Origin: Candidatus Minusculum obligatum
GTDB lineage: Bacteria > Patescibacteriota > Minisyncoccia > Phycocordibacterales > Phycocordibacteraceae
Reading direction: 5' to 3'
NCBI GenBank assembly: GCA_045401155.1
Contig: CP174360.1
Span: 159,035 to 223,034, forward strand
DNA length: 64,000 nt
The notes beneath the pieces are model-generated. The model was not told where the DNA came from. It made no database searches and saw only the letters and a program-made list of their open reading frames with translations. This document shows, in pieces, positions 9,143-19,396 of the stretch. Both the position numbers and the translations under genes were made by a program. Within the stretch, counting starts at the first letter, position 1. Each line of letters opens with the position of its first letter.

Positions 9143-9718
9143 CTACGCTTTATCAACCCGCTCCACGTACTCACCATTCTCTGTATTGATACGCAGTACG
9201 TCTCCCTCATTGATAAATAGGGGAGTTGTAACAACCGCGCCACCTTCAAGTACCACTTGCTTAGAACCACCCTGCGCAGTATTTCCGCGAACTGCAGGTG
9301 GCGCCTCAACTACCTCAAGCTCAACCTTAATTGGAATACGAATAGAAATAATTTCATCCTCAAAGGTAACCGCCTCAACAGATTCATTCTCCTTAAGCCA
9401 CTTCACCTTATCTGCCACAGAGTCCTCAGGTAGGGTAAAGCGATCACCCTTATCTCCTGCGCTATGGAACCAGCTTTCACCACGATTGGTATATAGGTAC
9501 ACTACTTCTTTTACAGAAATATCAGCTTCTTCTGCCTTGTCGCTTGCATGAAAGGCATTCTCAATAACGCGCCCAGAGATAAGGTGCTTGAGCTTTACTT
9601 GGTTTTGCGGCTTGCGCTGCTGCTTACGTGCTACGTGAGAGGAAATAACCTCATACGGCTCTCCATTAAATACAATTACTTTCTTTGGAGTAATCTCGTT
9701 ATACGCTAGTGTTGCCAT
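9143..9718 (-). CDS. efp: elongation factor P
   Basis: MATLAYNEITPKKVIVFNGEPYEVISSHVARKQQRKPQNQVKLKHLISGRV is the typical EF-P N-terminus. Confidence 0.9.
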   Translation of the reverse strand: MATLAYNEITPKKVIVFNGEPYEVISSHVARKQQRKPQNQVKLKHLISGRVIENAFHASDKAEEADISVKEVVYLYTNRGESWFHSAGDKGDRFTLPEDSVADKVKWLKENESVEAVTFEDEIISIRIPIKVELEVVEAPPAVRGNTAQGGSKQVVLEGGAVVTTPLFINEGDVLRINTENGEYVERVDKA

Positions 9719-9719
9719 A

Positions 9720-10760
9720 CTACTGTTTCTCTAACTCTGCTCGGATTTTCTTAAGAATCTCATTGGTCACCGGCTTATTTTCCTTTAGGAATGTGCGTGC
9801 TGCATCGTACCCACGTCCAAGAGAATCTTCGCCATACTTATAAAATGCACCATTTTTCTGAAGTACGTCGTACTTCTCTCCAAGGGCAAGGATCTCTCCC
9901 TCTCTTGAGATACCTTCGTTATATAGGAGATCAAACTCCGTATTTTTAAATGGAGCTGCCACTTTATTTTTCACCACCTTTACGCGTACACGCCCTCCAA
10001 CCACTTCTTCTCCTTTCTTGATCTGCGCAATACGACGAATATCTAGACGCACTGAGGTATAGAACTTAAGCGCACGCCCTCCAGGAGTTGTCTCTGGATT
10101 ACCAAACATAACCCCAATTTGCATACGAATCTGGTTAATAAAGATAACCGTTGTTTTACTGCGAGAAACCGCAGCCGTAAGCTTACGAAGCGCCTGGCTC
10201 ATAAGACGAGCCTGCTTTCCAACATGGGTCTGTCCCATATCTCCCTCAATCTCATCCTTTGGCGTAAGGGCTGCCACTGAGTCAACAACGATAATATCTA
10301 CGCTATTACTTCTAACCAAGCTCTCTACAATCTCAAGAGCTTGTTCTCCTGTATCTGGCTGGGAAATAATAAGATCGTCGAGCTTAACCCCAATACGCTT
10401 TGCGTACTCTGGATCCAGCGCGTGCTCTGCATCAATAAAAGCGGCAACACCTCCAGCTTTTTGTGCTTCTGCAATAGCGTGCAGGGTAAGGGTTGTCTTA
10501 CCTGAACTCTCAGGTCCATAAATCTCTACGATACGTCCACGAGGAAGTCCGCCGATGCCGAGTGCGGCATCTAGTCCAATGGATCCGGTAGGGATAGAAT
10601 CAATCTTCTTTGGCTTTACACTTCCAAAGGTCATCACTGATTCCTCCCCAAACTTTGCTTGGATTTCCTTTAGAGCTGCATCAACCTTGGAATTCTTCTC
10701 CTCCTTCGCTTCCGCCTTGGTTGGTTTCTTCTCTGCTGCTGGTTTCTTCTTCGCTGGCAT
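9720..10760 (-). CDS. recA: recombinase RecA with Lys-rich N-terminal extension
   Basis: [51 protein letters not shown] (Walker A, L1/L2). Likely start is MPAKKKP at 10760. Confidence 0.9.
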   Translation of the reverse strand: MPAKKKPAAEKKPTKAEAKEEKNSKVDAALKEIQAKFGEESVMTFGSVKPKKIDSIPTGSIGLDAALGIGGLPRGRIVEIYGPESSGKTTLTLHAIAEAQKAGGVAAFIDAEHALDPEYAKRIGVKLDDLIISQPDTGEQALEIVESLVRSNSVDIIVVDSVAALTPKDEIEGDMGQTHVGKQARLMSQALRKLTAAVSRSKTTVIFINQIRMQIGVMFGNPETTPGGRALKFYTSVRLDIRRIAQIKKGEEVVGGRVRVKVVKNKVAAPFKNTEFDLLYNEGISREGEILALGEKYDVLQKNGAFYKYGEDSLGRGYDAARTFLKENKPVTNEILKKIRAELEKQ

Positions 10761-11112
10761 ACTCTGGTACGTAAATAGAAATAATTTCTTCTGTAGAACG
10801 CTCAAATCGATCGCGTGCTTGTATAGTCATTATAGTATGGCCAGGAGTCACGTACAAACGCTCAGAAAAGTTCCCATTTTGCTCTGGAGCAACCACCATG
10901 CCATTGATTGAGAAGTACGCATTTCGCTCCACAGTGCCCTCAAGGGTAATAAATCCCTCATCTATAGAGCTATATATCCTATCCTCATAGAGCGTAATTT
11001 GGGGGCCATAGAGGATACCTTTTGCTCGGGTGAAGCCAAATATAAGGACAAAGACAATAAATATAGAAAACAGTCCAAAAAGCACCCGTGTATCTAGGAA
11101 TCCGCGCTGCAT
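10681..11112 (-). CDS. hypothetical membrane-anchored protein (N-terminal TM helix)
   Basis: 143-aa ORF with a TM helix ([18 protein letters not shown]). Its 3' end overlaps the recA 5' end by about 80 nt in another frame. Confidence 0.35.
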   Translation of the reverse strand: MQRGFLDTRVLFGLFSIFIVFVLIFGFTRAKGILYGPQITLYEDRIYSSIDEGFITLEGTVERNAYFSINGMVVAPEQNGNFSERLYVTPGHTIMTIQARDRFERSTEEIISIYVPEYASEEETSSREETNQGGSEGGEEFQG

Positions 11113-11138
11113 AGGGGACAGTATAGCAAAATGCTACT

Positions 11139-11777
11139 ATGTCCCTAATGCAAAAGACGCTTCTACTTATAGGACCCGGAGAATACTTTGGCGCAGCGCT
11201 CATAAAAGCTTTTAATAATGCTAACTACCAAATAGCTGTTATCACAGGAAGGGAAGAAACGATACAAAAGCTACAACAAGCAACAGGCATAGAGATGCGC
11301 CATAAGATAGCTGACATCACAAATGCAGAAGATCTCAGGGCACAAACAAAAGAACTCTGTGAAGAAGTGAAGAATATCACCTGTCTCATCTACAATCCTA
11401 AGATGAGCCCAAAGGGAACAGGACTTGAGATCTCTCAAGAAGTATTTGAAAAAACACTCTCTGTAAATGTGGGAGGACTACTTACAATCGTACAAGAAGC
11501 ACTCCCGTACCTAGAAGGAGGGAGCGTGCTGGTAACTGGTGGCGGGTACAAAGACACACCTGATCCTGATAAATTTGCGCTCTCAGTAGGGAAAATGGCC
11601 CTCCACGGAGCATATACAACACTCGCACCAGTACTAAAAGAAAAGAATGTAGTAATGGGAACGGTGATTATAGATGGTGCTGTACGAGAAGACTCATCTA
11701 TTACGCCAGATATGGTTGCAAAGGCATTTCTAACAATGGCAGAAGAAAATAAAGGAGGGGAAGTATATATACGATAA
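11139..11777 (+). CDS. NAD(P)-binding Rossmann-fold oxidoreductase (short-chain dehydrogenase/reductase-like)
   Basis: N-terminal LLLIGPGEYFGAALIKAF glycine-rich dinucleotide-binding motif and a VTGGGY motif. Confidence 0.55.
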   Translation: MSLMQKTLLLIGPGEYFGAALIKAFNNANYQIAVITGREETIQKLQQATGIEMRHKIADITNAEDLRAQTKELCEEVKNITCLIYNPKMSPKGTGLEISQEVFEKTLSVNVGGLLTIVQEALPYLEGGSVLVTGGGYKDTPDPDKFALSVGKMALHGAYTTLAPVLKEKNVVMGTVIIDGAVREDSSITPDMVAKAFLTMAEENKGGEVYIR

Positions 11778-11786
11778 AACAAAAAC

Positions 11787-11822
11787 CGCCCAACAGGAGC
11801 CGGGCGGCTTCTGTTGGGCGGC
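11787..11822. terminator. bidirectional hairpin terminator between convergent genes
   Basis: ccgcccaacag...ctgttgggcgg 11-bp stem. Confidence 0.6.
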
Positions 11823-11834
11823 GAAATGAAATGA

Positions 11835-12248
11835 TCAGGGCGCTTCGTCTTCAGTAAGATCGATTTTCAGACGTTGGAACGTACGTGCCTTCGTCTTGTT
11901 GTCGAACTTGTTGATACCGTAGAACGACATGTCATCGTTGTAGTAGAAGGTGACGTGCCATTCATGGAAGTCGATGCTGCTCTTGGACTCAAGTGGCAGC
12001 CAGCCGTTCTCGTCAGTGTGCTTGAGCACAATGACGCCACAGATGGCATCCTCGTCGCTGCCGATCTGGACCCCAATATTCATCGTATCGTTGCTGTCCA
12101 CGAAGGACCTTTGCAGCTTCAGATGTCCGTGTCCCAAGTCTTGGAGCTCGCCAACGCTATGCTTCAGGGCGCGGGCTACCTGCCAGAAATGGTAGATACC
12201 GACGGCAGTGCCGAGTCCGATCGTATTTTCATTCAAGGTGCTTTTCAT
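11835..12248 (-). CDS. hypothetical 137-aa protein; GC-rich orphan cassette C3
   Basis: About 56% GC against about 46% in the flanks. Ribosome-binding site is 'aaaggggaaagaaaaATG', and it has its own promoter and operator. No homology recognised. Confidence 0.5.
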   Translation of the reverse strand: MKSTLNENTIGLGTAVGIYHFWQVARALKHSVGELQDLGHGHLKLQRSFVDSNDTMNIGVQIGSDEDAICGVIVLKHTDENGWLPLESKSSIDFHEWHVTFYYNDDMSFYGINKFDNKTKARTFQRLKIDLTEDEAP

Positions 12249-12323
12249 TTTTCTTTCCCCTTTTGGAAACGGAACCGCTTGATTGCGACACCGACCACAC
12301 CATTAGTGGATTTACTAACAAAA

Positions 12324-12352
12324 ATAGTACATAAAATGTACTATTTTGTCAA
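12324..12352 (-). promoter_or_regulatory. sigma70-like promoter (TTGACA-17-TACTAT) with a perfect 7-3-7 palindrome (agtacat-aaa-atgtact) overlapping the spacer and -10
   Basis: Read directly from the minus strand. Located between the ftsK stop and the C3 start. Confidence 0.55.
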
Positions 12353-12363
12353 GTATCTATTAC

Positions 12364-14511
12364 TTACCGTTCTTCCTCGTATTCCTCATCCTCATACCCG
12401 TCATCCGCGCCGCGGGTTAAGACTTCTCTAGGTTTTGAGCCATCTGCAGGGCCAATAACACCCTTATCTTCTAAGATATCCATAAGGCGAGCAGCACGAG
12501 CATATCCAACACGTAGCTTGCGCTGTAGATATGATGTAGAGGCTTTTCCAGCTGCTTCTACGCAGGCTTTTGCCTCTCCGTATAGTTCATCCTCATCTTC
12601 ATCATCATCGATGCTCATCATAGCGTCATTTCCTTCATGAGAGCCATTTCCAGATGGTGCTGCAAAATCAATATTTGAAGTATCACCTGCATTGTGTTTC
12701 TTGATGTAAGCCACAACCTTCTTCACCTCAGACTCTGAGATAAACGCAGTCTGTAGACGAATCGGCTTACTCATATCTCCTGATAGGAAGAGCATGTCTC
12801 CAGCTCCAAGAAGCTTTTCAGCTCCTCCCATATCAAGAATCGTCTTAGAGTCGATCTGACTTGCCACCTGCAGTGCCATTCGAGAGGGAACATTGGCCTT
12901 AATAAGTCCGGTCACCACATTTACCGATGGGCGCTGCGTTGAAAGTACCAAGTGGATACCAACGGCACGACTCATCTGTGCAAGACGCACAATGCCTGCC
13001 TCAAGCTCTCGAGGATATGCTTGCATGATGTCGGCAAGCTCATCTACCACCACTACAATGTATGGCATGGTCTCTGCATCCTCCTTCTCCTTAGCAACCT
13101 CATGGTATGAGTTGATATCGCGACATCCAACCTGCTCAAGTACGTTGTACCGTCGATCCATCTCCTTAGCGGCCCACTTAAGGGCAAGAATAGCTTTCTT
13201 AGGATCGGTGATCACTGGTGTAAGAAGGTGAGGGATACCGTTATATAGCGTCAGCTCCACACGCTTCGGGTCAACCATAATAAAGCGCATCTCATCTGGA
13301 CCATTTCGATATAGAAGGGAAGCGATCAAAGTATGAATCGCTACAGACTTTCCTGAGCCAGTTGCTCCGGCAATAAGGCCGTGTGGCATCTTGGCAACGT
13401 TTACGTAGTGCGGCTCTCCGGTAATATCCCGTCCCACAGCAGAGAGTAGGGGCTTGTCACTGCTCTTCCACTGAGAAGAAGTAAGAAGTCCTGCAAGACC
13501 AACCATGGCCTTAGAGGTATTTGGCACCTCAATACCAACCAAGCTCTTTCCAGGAATTGGAGCTTCAATACGTACAGGGTGTGCTGCAAGGGCAAGCTCA
13601 AGGTTATTTTGAAGTGAAAGAATCTTAGATAGACGAACACCCTCAGCAGGCTTAATCGCGTAGCGCGTCACGGTAGGGCCGATGGATACCTCATCCATCT
13701 CTACATCAATACCAAAGTTTGAGAAGGTGCGCTTGATCAAATTAGCGTTGGCTTTGATATCTCCCACACCTGGCTTTCCTTTATCCTTTCCAAGTAGATC
13801 TACAGGAGGTGCGTTATACGCTCCGAAGGTCTTGATGGTTGGATCTTCATCACTCTCTCCATCGCCATCATTATCGGTAAACACATTTACCGATGGTTCC
13901 TTCTCTTCTTCCTCATCTTCTTCTACCTCTTCCTCTTCTTCCTCAAATTCATCTTCCTCCTCCTCATCATCCCCATACGCTTCTACGTGCACATCTTTTT
14001 CTTTCTTTCCAAAGAAAGATGACATCTTGAAAGAGGGAAGTGAGTTATCAAAACTAAACTCAAACCGAAATAGGAGAATGGCACCAATAAGAGAAAAGGC
14101 GATCAAAAATAGCGTTGCTCCTGCAACTCCAAAAAGAGATGCCAAACCTCCTGAGATAAGAGACCCAACCAATCCACTATCTAGTGGCGTAAGTGCAATA
14201 AGAGATAACAGCGATGCAATTAAGAGCACGCCTCCTACAGAACTTCCAATAGGAATCTCTTCCTTCCATGAAGTGAAGAGTAATGCTCCTAAAGATAGAA
14301 ATGCCAGGGGAATGAGAATGTACCCATGTCCCAACAGTGTTGTTCCTAATCCATATACTGCCTCTCCTGCAGGTCCTGCGGCCCCTATCGCTGCAATTGC
14401 GAAAAACCCTCCTACTGCTAATGAAGCAATTGCAAATACAATGGGTGGAATTACTGATCCAAACTCACGCTCATCTTTGCGTGGTCGTCCTCTCTTACGT
14501 TTACGCGCCAT
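12364..14511 (-). CDS. ftsK: DNA translocase FtsK/SpoIIIE
   Basis: N-terminal TM region, an acidic Glu/Asp linker, a motor domain with GATGSGKSVAIHTLIASLL, and a C-terminal gamma winged helix (SYLQRKLRVGYARAARLMDILE). Confidence 0.9.
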   Translation of the reverse strand: MARKRKRGRPRKDEREFGSVIPPIVFAIASLAVGGFFAIAAIGAAGPAGEAVYGLGTTLLGHGYILIPLAFLSLGALLFTSWKEEIPIGSSVGGVLLIASLLSLIALTPLDSGLVGSLISGGLASLFGVAGATLFLIAFSLIGAILLFRFEFSFDNSLPSFKMSSFFGKKEKDVHVEAYGDDEEEEDEFEEEEEEVEEDEEEEKEPSVNVFTDNDGDGESDEDPTIKTFGAYNAPPVDLLGKDKGKPGVGDIKANANLIKRTFSNFGIDVEMDEVSIGPTVTRYAIKPAEGVRLSKILSLQNNLELALAAHPVRIEAPIPGKSLVGIEVPNTSKAMVGLAGLLTSSQWKSSDKPLLSAVGRDITGEPHYVNVAKMPHGLIAGATGSGKSVAIHTLIASLLYRNGPDEMRFIMVDPKRVELTLYNGIPHLLTPVITDPKKAILALKWAAKEMDRRYNVLEQVGCRDINSYHEVAKEKEDAETMPYIVVVVDELADIMQAYPRELEAGIVRLAQMSRAVGIHLVLSTQRPSVNVVTGLIKANVPSRMALQVASQIDSKTILDMGGAEKLLGAGDMLFLSGDMSKPIRLQTAFISESEVKKVVAYIKKHNAGDTSNIDFAAPSGNGSHEGNDAMMSIDDDEDEDELYGEAKACVEAAGKASTSYLQRKLRVGYARAARLMDILEDKGVIGPADGSKPREVLTRGADDGYEDEEYEEER

Positions 14512-14617
14512 ATACAAAAACCATTGTAGCACGGGGATTTTTAGGGCATAGCAACTAAAGATGCGCAAGTTGCATACGACATGTAGGACACGTATACTAC
14601 GCTATAAGACAGTCTAA

Positions 14618-15331
14618 ATGACTGATACAATCATGTCTTATAGTAACGAAATATCAGTAAAAGACATTCAAAAGAAAGGCATTAATGTCCTTGATAACTC
14701 CATTGTTACTAACGTTTTCCTAAAAGACTACAAAAAGGCATACAACTATAAAAAAGCAGAAAAACTTTCTCTTGCCGTGCACGTCGTGCTCGCACATGTA
14801 GAAGATAAAAAGGGAGTGACCGATATCCTAAGCGAGCGATCTCTCACGCTCGTACGAGAGATACTCCACAGCCAAACAATCCAAACTCCAAGTAAAACTA
14901 TTTTGGAAATTATTTCTCTCATTCAGGTAGGGGAGACAACTGGAGTTTTGGCAACTAAAAATGCAGAACTTTTGGCACGTGAGTATCACTTTTTGCTAAG
15001 TAATATCTGTGAGCAAAAACCACAGAGCATTGATTTAGATACTGAGGTGGAAGTAGAGGAAACACCTGCTCCTAAGAAGGTATTCATTCGAACAGCGCCA
15101 TCTACTACACAATCTCAAGATAAAGGACATAAAGGACATCCTGCAGATCGTAAAGGACATGTGCTTGAAATAATTAAAAATAATGGAAATGTGGGCATCA
15201 AAGACATTGCAAAAGAGGTAACTGATTGCAGTGAGAAAACAATCCAACGAATCCTAAATACATTGATTGAAGAAGGGCGTGTAAAGAAGGAGGGGGAGCG
15301 TCGCTGGAGCACGTATCACTACGTTTCGTAG
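14618..15331 (+). CDS. hypothetical protein with C-terminal winged-helix DNA-binding domain (putative transcriptional regulator)
   Basis: C-terminal 'IKDIAKEVTDCSEKTIQRILNTLIEEGRVKKEGERRWSTY' resembles a DeoR/MarR-type winged helix-turn-helix (wHTH). Confidence 0.45.
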   Translation: MTDTIMSYSNEISVKDIQKKGINVLDNSIVTNVFLKDYKKAYNYKKAEKLSLAVHVVLAHVEDKKGVTDILSERSLTLVREILHSQTIQTPSKTILEIISLIQVGETTGVLATKNAELLAREYHFLLSNICEQKPQSIDLDTEVEVEETPAPKKVFIRTAPSTTQSQDKGHKGHPADRKGHVLEIIKNNGNVGIKDIAKEVTDCSEKTIQRILNTLIEEGRVKKEGERRWSTYHYVS

Positions 15332-15899
15332 AGACTCAAAATCTATTGACTTTCTACCTAATTCCCGTAGTATTTGATCCGTGGAAAGGAGCGCATACTA
15401 TTGCAACTAAAAGGCCAGAAATGGCCTCTTTGTGCAATGACCGGTGCACTCATTTTATCCACATTGATTTTTGCTTGTTTTTTGTTCTGAACCGGTATAC
15501 TTGCCCTTAGGACTGCGTGAGTAGTATCTGAGCGAATAAGTAAACGGAACAACGGCAAGCAGGACCGTACGTTGACAACTTCATATTCTGAAAATGCTTA
15601 TCGTGTGTGAACACGACGGGTTTTATCCCTACGTAAACTACGTAGGGAGTTGTTAACGTTACTAACAAACGGCAGTCAATGTGAGATACGGATTCCATGG
15701 AAGACAAGACAGCATGTCAGATTAAATCTTGCCAGCTGTTCTATGTAGTGCGCGGTCGACGTGTACTACCTAGAATAGTGTTGAAACTATTTTTAGGTTC
15801 ACCCTAAAAATATCGACATTGATTAAAAAACCGAAAGCGCCGATGGCTCGGCACTTTCAAAAACTATAAGCTTATAAATTTTAAGGACGCAATCGATAT

Positions 15900-18800
15900 A
15901 TGAGTCGTATGACAAATAAAATCGCTGCAGGTGTTCTTTCAGTAGGAATGCTTTTTGCGCTTGTTGCACCTATGAGTGCGCACGCAGCTCTTACTGAAGC
16001 CCAGATCCAGTCAATTCTTTCACTCCTAAATTCATTTGGAGCGGACGCTGCGACTATCTCAAACGTTGACGCATCTCTTCGCGGAAATGCACCAACAGGA
16101 GGGAACACAGGATCAGGTTCATCTGCATCAGTATGTCCGTATACTTGGACTCGATCACTTACAGTGGGAGATTCAGGAGCGGATGTTATGGCACTACAAA
16201 AATTCCTAAACTCAGATTCAGCAACTATGATTGCTGCTTCAGGAGTTGGGTCAGCCGGAAGTGAGTCAGATTACTTTGGTTCACTTACTGCGGCTGCAGT
16301 AGCAAAATTCCAGAACAAGTATGCTTCAGAGGTACTTGCACCAGTTGGACTTTCAGCTGGAACAGGATTCTTTGGATCATCAACACGTGCAAAGGCTAAC
16401 GCTCTTTGTGTGTCTGGAAACAACAATGGAGGAAATAACGGAGGAGGAACTGCACCAGTTACTGGAGCAGGGCTTTCAGTAGCACTTGCTGCTGACTCAC
16501 CAAATAACGTGGCCCTAGTACAGGGACAGGGAATTGGAGAGCTTGCGAAGTTCACCTTCACAAACAACAACTCAGCTTCAATGAATGTAAATAGCCTTAC
16601 ATTCAACCGAATCGGAGTTTCAACAGACTCTACTCTTGGGGACGTATTCCTATTTATGGGAGGAGAGCGACTAACGGATGCAGCAGCTGTGTCAAACTCA
16701 CAGTTCTCATTCCAGAACTCAGCAGGAATCTTCACAGTTCCAGCTGGTTCATCAGTAACTATCTCTGTTCGAGCAAACATCGCAGCTTCAACTGCGGGAC
16801 AGCAGGTAGGAACTTCACTTGTTTCAGTAGGAGCAAGCGGAGCACTTAATTCAGGAGTTTCATTCCCAATCGTTGGAGGAGTGCATGGAATTGCTGCAGG
16901 AACACTTGCAACAATGACATTCCAGACTTACAACGGACCAGACGGGGATGCTAACTTCACACCAGCTGATAATACAGAGGTGTGGGAGAACTCAGTTGTT
17001 ATTGGAACACGAGACGTATACCTACACTCTCTAACTATCAAGAATGAGGGAAGCGCAGATCCTAGCGACTTCGCTAACCTTATGCTTTACGTTGATGGAG
17101 TACAGTACGGAAGTACACTTGCTTCACTAAACGCAAGCGACAAGGCAGTATTCGACCTATCTTCAAGCCCACTAAAGCTTAAGACAGGAACACGAACATT
17201 CCGTGTACTTGCAGACGTAATTGGTGGATCAGGAGAGACATTTGACTTTGAGGTTGATAAGACAGCTGACGTTCTAGCTATTGACTCAGAACTTACTCAG
17301 GCTGTTACACCAACTCTTACAGCTACAAGTGGATCAGCAAACACTATTGACTCAGCTGCACTTTCAATTGCAAAGGCAGCTACATCACGAACTGACAACG
17401 TTGCAGTTGATGCAACAAACGTGAAGTGGGCAACCTTCGAGTTCCGCGCTTCAGGTGAGAACGTGAAGATTGAGGCAATTACAGTTGATGCTGATACATC
17501 AGTTGCAGGAGGACTTGATAACGGTAAGGTATTCCTTAACGGAGCTCAGGTTGGATCAACACGAGACATTGCAGAGGCTGGAACTGAGTTCACATTTGGT
17601 TCAAGCATGATCCTTTCAAAGGGAGAGACTGCAATCGTTGAGATCTACGCAGACGCAAAGACAACAACAGCTGCAACTATTGCTGCAGCAGAAACTGTTG
17701 ATGTTGGAGTATCTGTAACTGCATCAGACACAGAGGGAATGAACTCAGGAAATGCTATTGCAGCTTCAATCTCAGAGGTTGAAGGAAATAGCATCACAAT
17801 CGCAAGTTCATCAGTTTCAGCAAGTAAGTTCTCTGGTTATTCAGACCAGACAATGATCGCTGGAACAAACAACGCGCGACTTGGATCATTCACACTTTCA
17901 GGTGCCTCAACAGAGGACACAAACATCAGTCAGATTACTGTTACGCTTTCATCAGCGGAGGCAGCAACAATCACTAACCTGATGTTGAAAGACCGATCAA
18001 CAGGAGCACAGCTTGGTGTAACTAAGACAACTCCTGGAACAAGTAACAGCTACAGTGTGAACTTCACACTTCCAGAGTCAGGAACAAAGACTATCGATCT
18101 TATTGGAAACATTAAGACAGGGTCAAACGCTGGATCATGGAATGCTGTTGTTAGCGGAACAGGGTCAGGAGTAGAGACTGGATCAACAGTAACTATTTCT
18201 TCAACAACCCTACAGACAATTACTATCGGTTCAGGTTCTCTATCAGCTTCAGTAGGAGCAGGAGATCCTAACGCAGATAACGTTGTAGCAGGACAAAGTG
18301 CCGTACACGTTGGTCAGTTCAACTTTGCAGCTGCAAACAGTCCATATACTGTTCGTGAGCTTCAGGTGAAGATTCCTAACGGAGCTTCAACTTCAATCTC
18401 AAACGTGACATTGAAGTACACCAACTCAAACGGTGCTGTAGAGGAGAAGAGCCAAGCTCTTGTAACAGGAGCTGGAGCAGGAACTGCTTCATTTACTGGA
18501 CTTGACTTCTACATCCCAGCTGATGATGACCGAAATGTTGACGTATACGTAAGCATTCCAACAATCGCATCTGGAGCTGTAGCTGGAGCTGCTATCTCAG
18601 CTGACCTTGCATACAATGCAGGATTCAAGGCAACAGATGCAGCCGGAACAACTTCAACTTCAATTGGCTCAGCAGATATTTCTGCAAACGGAACATTCTA
18701 CGTTCGAAAGTCAGTTCCTACATTTGGAGCTGCAAGCAAGCCAACATCAGTACCTGCAGCGGGACAGGCTCTATACGAGTTCACTATCTCAGCTGATTCA

Positions 18801-19247
18801 GCAGGAGCTGTTGAGTGGAAGCAGCTTACATTCACTGTGGCAACACAGAGCACAACATTGACAGGATTCTACCTACGTCAGAAGGGACAATCTACAAACA
18901 TCAATGATGCGAATGTAGACGCTAACGGAAGCGGAAACGTAGTAATCTACGCAGGAACATCAACAAACAGTGACGTTGAGCAGATTGCTGCTGGAGCATC
19001 AAAGACTTACCAGTTGTATGCAACAACTCTAAGTGGATGGGCATCAGGAGACTCAATCAACATCAACATTACTGAGGACACATTTGTAGCTGCAGTAGCA
19101 GGTGCAAATGGTCTTCTGTCTGAAAACAACTTCGTATGGAGTGATCGCTCAGCAACGAGCCACACTACTGCGACAGCAGACTGGACAAACAGTTACCTAC
19201 TTGACGACCTAACAGGAGGAGACGCTGTATCATACAGCCAGTCATAA
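15900..19247 (+). CDS. 1115-aa secreted surface protein: signal peptide, N-terminal peptidoglycan-binding (PG_binding_1-like) domain, then long Thr/Ser/Ala/Gly-rich Ig-like repeat region
   Basis: Signal peptide MSRMTNKIAAGVLSVGMLFALVAPMSAHA, then DSGADVMALQKFLN...FGSLTAAAVAKFQNKYA, followed by low-complexity beta-rich repeats. Confidence 0.7.
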   Translation: MSRMTNKIAAGVLSVGMLFALVAPMSAHAALTEAQIQSILSLLNSFGADAATISNVDASLRGNAPTGGNTGSGSSASVCPYTWTRSLTVGDSGADVMALQKFLNSDSATMIAASGVGSAGSESDYFGSLTAAAVAKFQNKYASEVLAPVGLSAGTGFFGSSTRAKANALCVSGNNNGGNNGGGTAPVTGAGLSVALAADSPNNVALVQGQGIGELAKFTFTNNNSASMNVNSLTFNRIGVSTDSTLGDVFLFMGGERLTDAAAVSNSQFSFQNSAGIFTVPAGSSVTISVRANIAASTAGQQVGTSLVSVGASGALNSGVSFPIVGGVHGIAAGTLATMTFQTYNGPDGDANFTPADNTEVWENSVVIGTRDVYLHSLTIKNEGSADPSDFANLMLYVDGVQYGSTLASLNASDKAVFDLSSSPLKLKTGTRTFRVLADVIGGSGETFDFEVDKTADVLAIDSELTQAVTPTLTATSGSANTIDSAALSIAKAATSRTDNVAVDATNVKWATFEFRASGENVKIEAITVDADTSVAGGLDNGKVFLNGAQVGSTRDIAEAGTEFTFGSSMILSKGETAIVEIYADAKTTTAATIAAAETVDVGVSVTASDTEGMNSGNAIAASISEVEGNSITIASSSVSASKFSGYSDQTMIAGTNNARLGSFTLSGASTEDTNISQITVTLSSAEAATITNLMLKDRSTGAQLGVTKTTPGTSNSYSVNFTLPESGTKTIDLIGNIKTGSNAGSWNAVVSGTGSGVETGSTVTISSTTLQTITIGSGSLSASVGAGDPNADNVVAGQSAVHVGQFNFAAANSPYTVRELQVKIPNGASTSISNVTLKYTNSNGAVEEKSQALVTGAGAGTASFTGLDFYIPADDDRNVDVYVSIPTIASGAVAGAAISADLAYNAGFKATDAAGTTSTSIGSADISANGTFYVRKSVPTFGAASKPTSVPAAGQALYEFTISADSAGAVEWKQLTFTVATQSTTLTGFYLRQKGQSTNINDANVDANGSGNVVIYAGTSTNSDVEQIAAGASKTYQLYATTLSGWASGDSININITEDTFVAAVAGANGLLSENNFVWSDRSATSHTTATADWTNSYLLDDLTGGDAVSYSQS

Positions 19248-19280
19248 TCCACGTTAGTAACTCTGTAAGTTAACTAAAAC

Positions 19281-19308
19281 AAAAAACCGCCCTCGGGCGG
19301 TTTTTTGT
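19281..19308 (+). terminator. rho-independent terminator
   Basis: aaaaaaccgccctcgggcggtttttt. Confidence 0.8.
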
Positions 19309-19396
19309 TATGCATACGTTATACATATGTTGTACACATAGTTATGCACAATAGAATGCTATAACTATAGTAATTACAACGATTAGATAACGAATT

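Noticed and set aside
11874-12431. 185-aa +strand ORF overlapping cassette C3 and running through the AT-rich promoter region into the end of ftsK.
   Set aside because: It crosses a clear promoter and intergenic region and a convergent gene end. The minus-strand ORF has a ribosome-binding site, a promoter and a terminator. GC-rich DNA commonly yields open antisense frames.
13682-14551. 289-aa +strand Ser-rich ORF.
   Set aside because: Antisense to ftsK, and produced by reading the GAA/GAG-rich acidic linker in reverse. No start or ribosome-binding-site context.
16271-16780. 169-aa minus-strand ORF.
   Set aside because: Antisense within the giant surface protein gene; its low-complexity composition mirrors the sense strand.
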